A stretch of DNA of 58,781 nt, the filler included, from Dugesia japonica (Eukaryota), in NCBI GenBank assembly GCA_001938525.1. It is 6 parts of 6 records of this genome, joined end to end, with 100 filler letters (N's around TTAATTAATTAA, not from the genome) between each part and the next. Parts side by side here need not be neighbours in the genome. Positions count along the whole stretch, not along the records: positions 50,245 to 58,781 come from MQRL01606025.1; 5 more parts are not named here. One strand, written 5' to 3'. The first letter of the stretch is position 1, and every line of letters begins with the position of its first letter. Below the pieces are notes generated by a model that was given only the letters and a program-made list of their open reading frames with translations, had not been told where the DNA came from and ran no database searches. A program made the translations under genes and the position numbers. Below, one piece after another: positions 52,916 to 58,781 of this stretch.

Positions 52916-55900
52916 ACTGTGAACATTAATTTAAAGTGNNNNNNNNNNNNNNNNTTATTTTTATTATTAAACATAGACATTTATTTCGCTTTGTTTATTG
53001 TAAATATATATAAATAAATATATACATAAATATACGTTTTAACTCTTAAAGTAATAATATTTAAATTATGTTATTATATTATCGTCAAATAAATCATAGT
53101 ATAAATTATATTAGCGTCATGACCACGATCCCGTTATCTAACAAAAATAATAGCCAAATCATACGTTGGCTGAAAGGCCTACANNNNNNNNNNNNNNNNN
53201 NNNNNNNNNNNNNNNNNNNNNNNNNNNNNNNNNNNNNNNNNNNNNNNNNNNNNNNNNNNNNNNNNNNTAAATAAATAAGTTATAAATATTTTAGGTATAT
53301 TAGTGAAAAATTGTAAGTAGTATATATTTTGAAATTTTTTTAAAAGTTACAATTGCTAATGTAAGAAATGTTTAGGAAAATTAAAACAATTTTTAAAATA
53401 TTTGAGTTAAATGAAATGGAATTTTAGCACCGATAGCTTTGACATTTCAAGGCAATCGAAGTACATTATATATTATTAGAAATAGCATTAAAAGTTCAAT
53501 AAGTTTTAATCATAAAAAATAAAATTTTAGAAAACAAAGGAATGGTATAAAGTAAATTATTAAAATTAATGAAGTAAATTAGCAGGATCTTCATTAATAT
53601 CCGACAAATTCATTACATCGATTTATTAGAATTGCAATGTTAAACAATTCCTGCTATTTAATTATTCAACAAAATATATATTTTAAATGTGGTTTAATTA
53701 GTTGATAACAATAAAAATTATCAATCGATTTAATTATAGTAAATCCACAATGCAAATGTTAACACAACTCCAATATGCAAATTTTGTATAAACGAAATTT
53801 CTGATTATTATAATTATAAAAATTTATAATTATAAAATTTTATTTTAGTATTTTAATATAATTGATAAATTTTACGTTATAATGATAATTAGCATTATAA
53901 TTAACANNNNNNNNNNNNNNNNNNNNNNNNTTTTTCCTTGCAATCTATTTTTGCAAATTTGAAATAAATATACTAATGGTAAAATGTTTTTATCAACAGG
54001 AAGAAAATGATGAATTGACGTCTTATCTATTATAAAGATTTCACATCAATATAAATATATAACTATAGAAACTTTGAACGAAAATTTAGTAAAGATTGGC
54101 AAATAAAGATTTCAAATCTTAGTCAATTGATTAATATATACATTTTATATTGATTGAAAATTCAACCGCATTACATTCTGAAATTTATTTAGAAATGCAT
54201 TTCACATATAATTACGAGATGGTTGATTGTCAATGAAAATCGCGGAAATTAATCTAGCATCTAAATGTCATACAACTTAAACAATAATATTTAGTACATA
54301 GTGAAATGAACCCCGCGAAAAGATGTTTTATCAATTTCCACAAACTTATTGCTAATCTACCGAGGAATTTCAAAGTAGATGTTTTAATCGCAATTAACTC
54401 TAATGATACTGATCTCAACGTGATCTTCTTTAACAGTAATATATTAAATTTTCGAAGTTTTTTAATATAGTATAGTACCTATAATATCAATGATATATAA
54501 CCCGAGACCCGTAATTTTTTGTATGCATGGCCCACAACTTTGAGTTAAACTGATGATACCGCCGATCTACAAAAATGGTTGTGCACCACTGGTCTAACGT
54601 CTTGTTAATGAACTTTGTATTATTTCGTATAACAAACGTAATTTCAAAACATCTATCCTCTATATATCACACTTGTTAACTTAACAAAGTAAATAGAAGA
54701 TCATTTATGAACAATATCTCAGCATCTAAGATACTTAAAATTTCAATAATAAATATCAAAAAAGTACAAGTTATTCTTCCTGGAGACAGATAATCGACCT
54801 CGACTGTACTTATTCACCACTAGGAATACCACCTTGAATGACATATGTATTTTGAACATCAAACACTACGATATTGAAACTAGACGAGATTAAGAAAGAA
54901 TCTTAAACACAGATCAGGATTATCCAACTGCAAAAAATGTTTCGAGAGATCTGCAACCNNNNNNNNNNNNNNNNNNNNNNNNNNNNNNNNNNNNNNNNNN
55001 NNNNNNNNNNNNNNNNNNNNNNNNNNNNNNNNNNNNNNNNNNNNNNNNNNNNNNNNNNNNNNNNNNNNNNNNNNNNNNNNNNNNNNNNNNNNNNNNNNNN
55101 NNNNNNNNNNNNNNNNNNNTTTTACAAGTAATTCATCGATTTTTGCACTGTAATTTAGATATTTTATCAGTTTCAATATATTTTGGATGTCAACCTTTTC
55201 CTTTAAGAAAAGTATTATTTATTTTTATAATAATTTTAAAATGCATTGGGATATTTTATTAAAATCCACTACCTTATCCGAAGAGGTTTTTTCGCGATAA
55301 GTAAAACAAAAAATGGAAAAATTTAATGAGTTATATTTACAATAATCATATCAAGGATTCAAAGGTACATTTAAGATATTTCCTAAATTTACTAACAAAT
55401 TAATAATATTAATTATAATAATAATGATAAAAATTAATTAAGGATGAATCATAATAATTAGAGTTTAATGATAAATTACTAAAATTAGATATAAAAATAA
55501 AAATAGTAATTTTAAAATAAAAATAACTAATTATAGTCATTTCAAAATTACCAAATATAGAAAATGACTATTTAAAATTAAATCAAAGCAAGCGCAGATT
55601 CGTAACAAATCTGAACGATTGCTTTAAAATAATTAAAGGTTTCCCATCAATTCATTATTTTATAAAGGCGTTGAGCTAAAACGGTGATAGCCAATGTTTG
55701 TTTATTTTTTTGGCAATTTGTATATTGAAATTTCTTTACCTTATAGTTGTACGCTTGTAAAATTGAATTAAATTTAATTGTAAAGCTTTATGATAATTGA
55801 TAACAAAGTGTTAGAATTAATTGTGTTTGTCTTCAAGTTTTGATATTATTTTATTTTAATAACTAAAATTAGAGTTCATATTTGAACTAAAAAGACACAT

Positions 55901-56822
55901 ATTGAAATAAATATTTTTCTTCCAATCTCTCTTCATTTACCACAACCGTAAATTAACTGATTTTAGACTCAGATTTAAGCTCTCATTATGAGGAATATTA
56001 AAGTTACATTTTAAATAAAAAAATTGCAACCTACATTTATTGAAACTCACATAATTATATTAGTTTATTAATTATATTGATTTTAAAGAACTAAAAATTA
56101 TTGATCAGATAAAACTAGCGAAGTGAACTACTATGCACTTGAAATTATAAATTGATTCCGTCAATATTTATCGCTTATTGAAAAATTATTTTACTGGAAA
56201 AATTGTGGTAATATAGAAACATTTACCTCAATTTCACAAGATGTTATTGATTACAATTATGGTTAACCACGCTTATAAAACGCAAATTCAACTTAACTAA
56301 TAATGAAATGATATAATTGAAAAGATGATATTTATCAACTGGACCATAGGAAAACAAATTGCGGCTCACGAGCCTTATGTGGCTTATTCAAGATTTTTTG
56401 TGGTTCCTTATTCAATATTGTAAAATTAAGTATATCCTTTTATTACTTATTTTATTCTAGTTATTTTAACCACTATGTAATTAATTAAGTTAAAAATCTT
56501 CAAAAATTTTCAGTTAAAAATGGACATCAAATTATTTTGACTAAGTATTTATTGACTAAGGATACATTAATTAAGCTAATTAATATAAATTTTAACAAAA
56601 CCTTTAATTCTATATCCGATGTATTAAAAAATTATGTTTATCCAACATTTTTAGAGACTCTAACTTTTTAAAGAACGTTTAGTCACTAAGAAAATTTCAA
56701 TAAATAAATTATATTGCAGTTTATTTAAATAGATTCCGTTTCAAACTCTATTACAAAATAATAATAAGACAAAGTAGACTGCTTCTTAAAATCTATTTTT
56801 TATAAAATGTAATAAATATTAC

Positions 56823-57238
56823 TATTAGTTAAATTCAAAACTTCACAACTCTCCATAAGTTTTATTTATTATCACAAGTTTTTTTTATTAAAGTAAAAAA
56901 AGATGAAGAATAATCCAGTGTATTCAAACAAATAATCTGAGAAAATTTTAATAAAATATTTTAAAAATATCGATTTTAATTCTACAAAATATTTTTACCT
57001 TCATATATCTTTAATTGTTTTTAAACATAATTTCAAAAAATAATTTTTATACTTTTATAATTTTACCTATAATATATAGAAATTATTTAAGTTTTAAAAA
57101 TATTTTATTATTTTAAAAATCTGTTAAGTACATTTTTTACAATAATATTTTAATTTTTCAAAAAAATAAATTTTAATATAATATTTATAAAAATTAAAAA
57201 ATTTCCCAGATATTTAAAATCTATGAATCATTCTAACA
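56823..57238 (-). mobile_element. Solo LTR with 5-bp TSD ATTAC
   Basis: Both ends match the LTR at 16719-17007 (TGTTAGAATGATTCATAGATTTTAAATATCTG; TTAGTTAAATTCAAAACTTC). ATTAC occurs at 56818-56822 and 57239-57243. Confidence 0.85.
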
Positions 57239-57782
57239 ATTACAAAATGAATGACTCAAAACTACGAGCAGTGAAGAATTTCTTTTGTGTTTAGGATTTA
57301 CCAAGATTTTTCTTTTAAAAATTGATTTCAGTTTAATTTAAGTTTTAAGTTCCTCTTTAAAAGTTATTTATAAAAATAATTAATTCCAAAATGCGTAATA
57401 AAGATATATTTGATTATAAACAAAAAACTTAATTGATAAAATAAATCCGTTAATACAATTAGCATCTGACAAAAACATTAAAAATACTCGACGAAGTTTT
57501 AAACATCTTTTAAATTCCATAAATTTCCGTCGTAATATGCACGTTATTCAAAACTACTGCTTGCAATAACTCTCTAAATTTTTTTAAACATATCGAACAA
57601 GCGTATATTAAGATACAATCATTTTTTTCATATAACACGCACATAAATTATTTATAAATGTAAATAAAAAAAATTTTAATTAATCGAAAACCCTTTTAAT
57701 GAATTATATGTTATAATTTTTTAACCAATGAGAATTGATTTTAATTAAATAAGGTTTTCATGACTAGAATGAATTGTATAAT

Positions 57783-57897
57783 CTTCCTGATTAAGACTAC
57801 ATAAAAATATTGAGCAATCTATGAAAATAAAAAAAACAATTTTGATTTTTGCATTTTGAAAATTTTTATTTGATAAATACAGATCAATGGTTAACAA
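57783..57897 (+). ncRNA. Degenerate hammerhead-like motif with the shared tail
   Basis: Reads ttc-CTGATTA-a-gac-tac-ata-AAA-A-TA-T-T-gag, then AATAAA...AAATACAGATCAATGGTTAA. Confidence 0.45.
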
Positions 57898-58781
57898 ATG
57901 AAATGAAAATGAATGATTGCGACCATAATTATATTATTAATAATTATTGTAATATTATTGATTTTAATATTAATGAATTTAATATTATCATTCAAATTTA
58001 TATAAATTGTAATCGTTAAATTAAAATATTAGCTACAACCAAATAATAATTCCACATTACTATGTAGAATATTAAAATTAATCAAAACGAACCGAAATCT
58101 CGAAAAATGAAAATCTTTTCATTTCTATATCAGATACTTTAATATCAGTTTACCAGAATTGTTAACAGGAAATTAAAAAACAATTCAGTTTTATAATTTT
58201 TCGGAAAATATTTAATATTTAATGCAGGGCTTTGGAGCAGTCCAATTTTTTATGGTGCTACACCTCGTCACTACAACCCGACTACGGCTCCGATCCATGC
58301 TCCAAGGACCATTTATAGAAAGTTATAAATCTACAAACGTTGAAAGAAAAAGAAAAACGATATCAATTTTCGTTATTTATTCTATGAAATAAAACTGCTG
58401 AGAGTAAGTCTTCTTTCATCGATTACCTTAAGTCATTCAATATTAATTTTAGAGCTGAAAATAGTTTCTCGACACTTGCTTGAGTAGTGGGCATACTTTT
58501 ATCCATTTTTTGGGACAAAACCCAACCAAAATCGAAATGAACATCTATTAATAAATTGAAAATGTAGTAAGTGAACCCAAAGGGAAATTAGTATGAATTA
58601 ATAAAAAATGTACATCATTCCCAAATATATGCAATAAATTTAAATTCTCACTAAAATAATATGAAAATTCCACAAAAAACTGGAAATGTAATAAAATAAA
58701 ATAATATTTCAAAAATTATTTCCAAAATATATCAAAATCTAAGGAAAATGTGGGGGAAAGATATTAAAAATCTGGAAAAAA

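Noticed and set aside
54570-58300. Isolated hAT-like terminal motifs (CAGTGGTGCACAACC on the minus strand at ~54590, TGCGGCTC at ~56360, CAGGGCTTTGGAGC at ~58225)
   Set aside because: No paired TIR or TSD could be found, so element boundaries are unsupported.

Overview
Very AT-rich, intron-containing eukaryotic (invertebrate) DNA, not prokaryotic. The window is not one locus: five identical 100-nt spacers (N44-TTAATTAATTAA-N44) join six separate ~9-11 kb contigs. Host genes supported by the sequence are a two-exon EGR/Krox C2H2 zinc-finger gene, a partial TMX3-like gene with transposon-filled introns, an unidentified multi-exon gene with a beta-propeller-like C-terminus, and pseudogenes (TRAF-like RING/zinc finger, a one-repeat-per-exon ankyrin array, a SENP/Ulp1 exon). 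Most of the rest is decayed mobile DNA: mariner/Tc1/IS630, hAT, Ty3/gypsy, Penelope-like GIY-YIG, and a Polinton/Maverick protein-primed DNA polymerase B. The ~42-56 nt minimal introns and the divergent EGR and TRAF genes would fit a triclad flatworm; this is inference only. Three signals stand out. (1) A dispersed, sometimes fold-back repeat family has a consensus that is a minimal type I hammerhead ribozyme with covarying palindromic stem III. (2) Three related AGTAG-terminated Polinton-like ends each abut Ty3/gypsy sequence. (3) One LTR is flanked by both a PPT and a PBS. All translations and alignments were done by eye, so boundaries of decayed elements are approximate.
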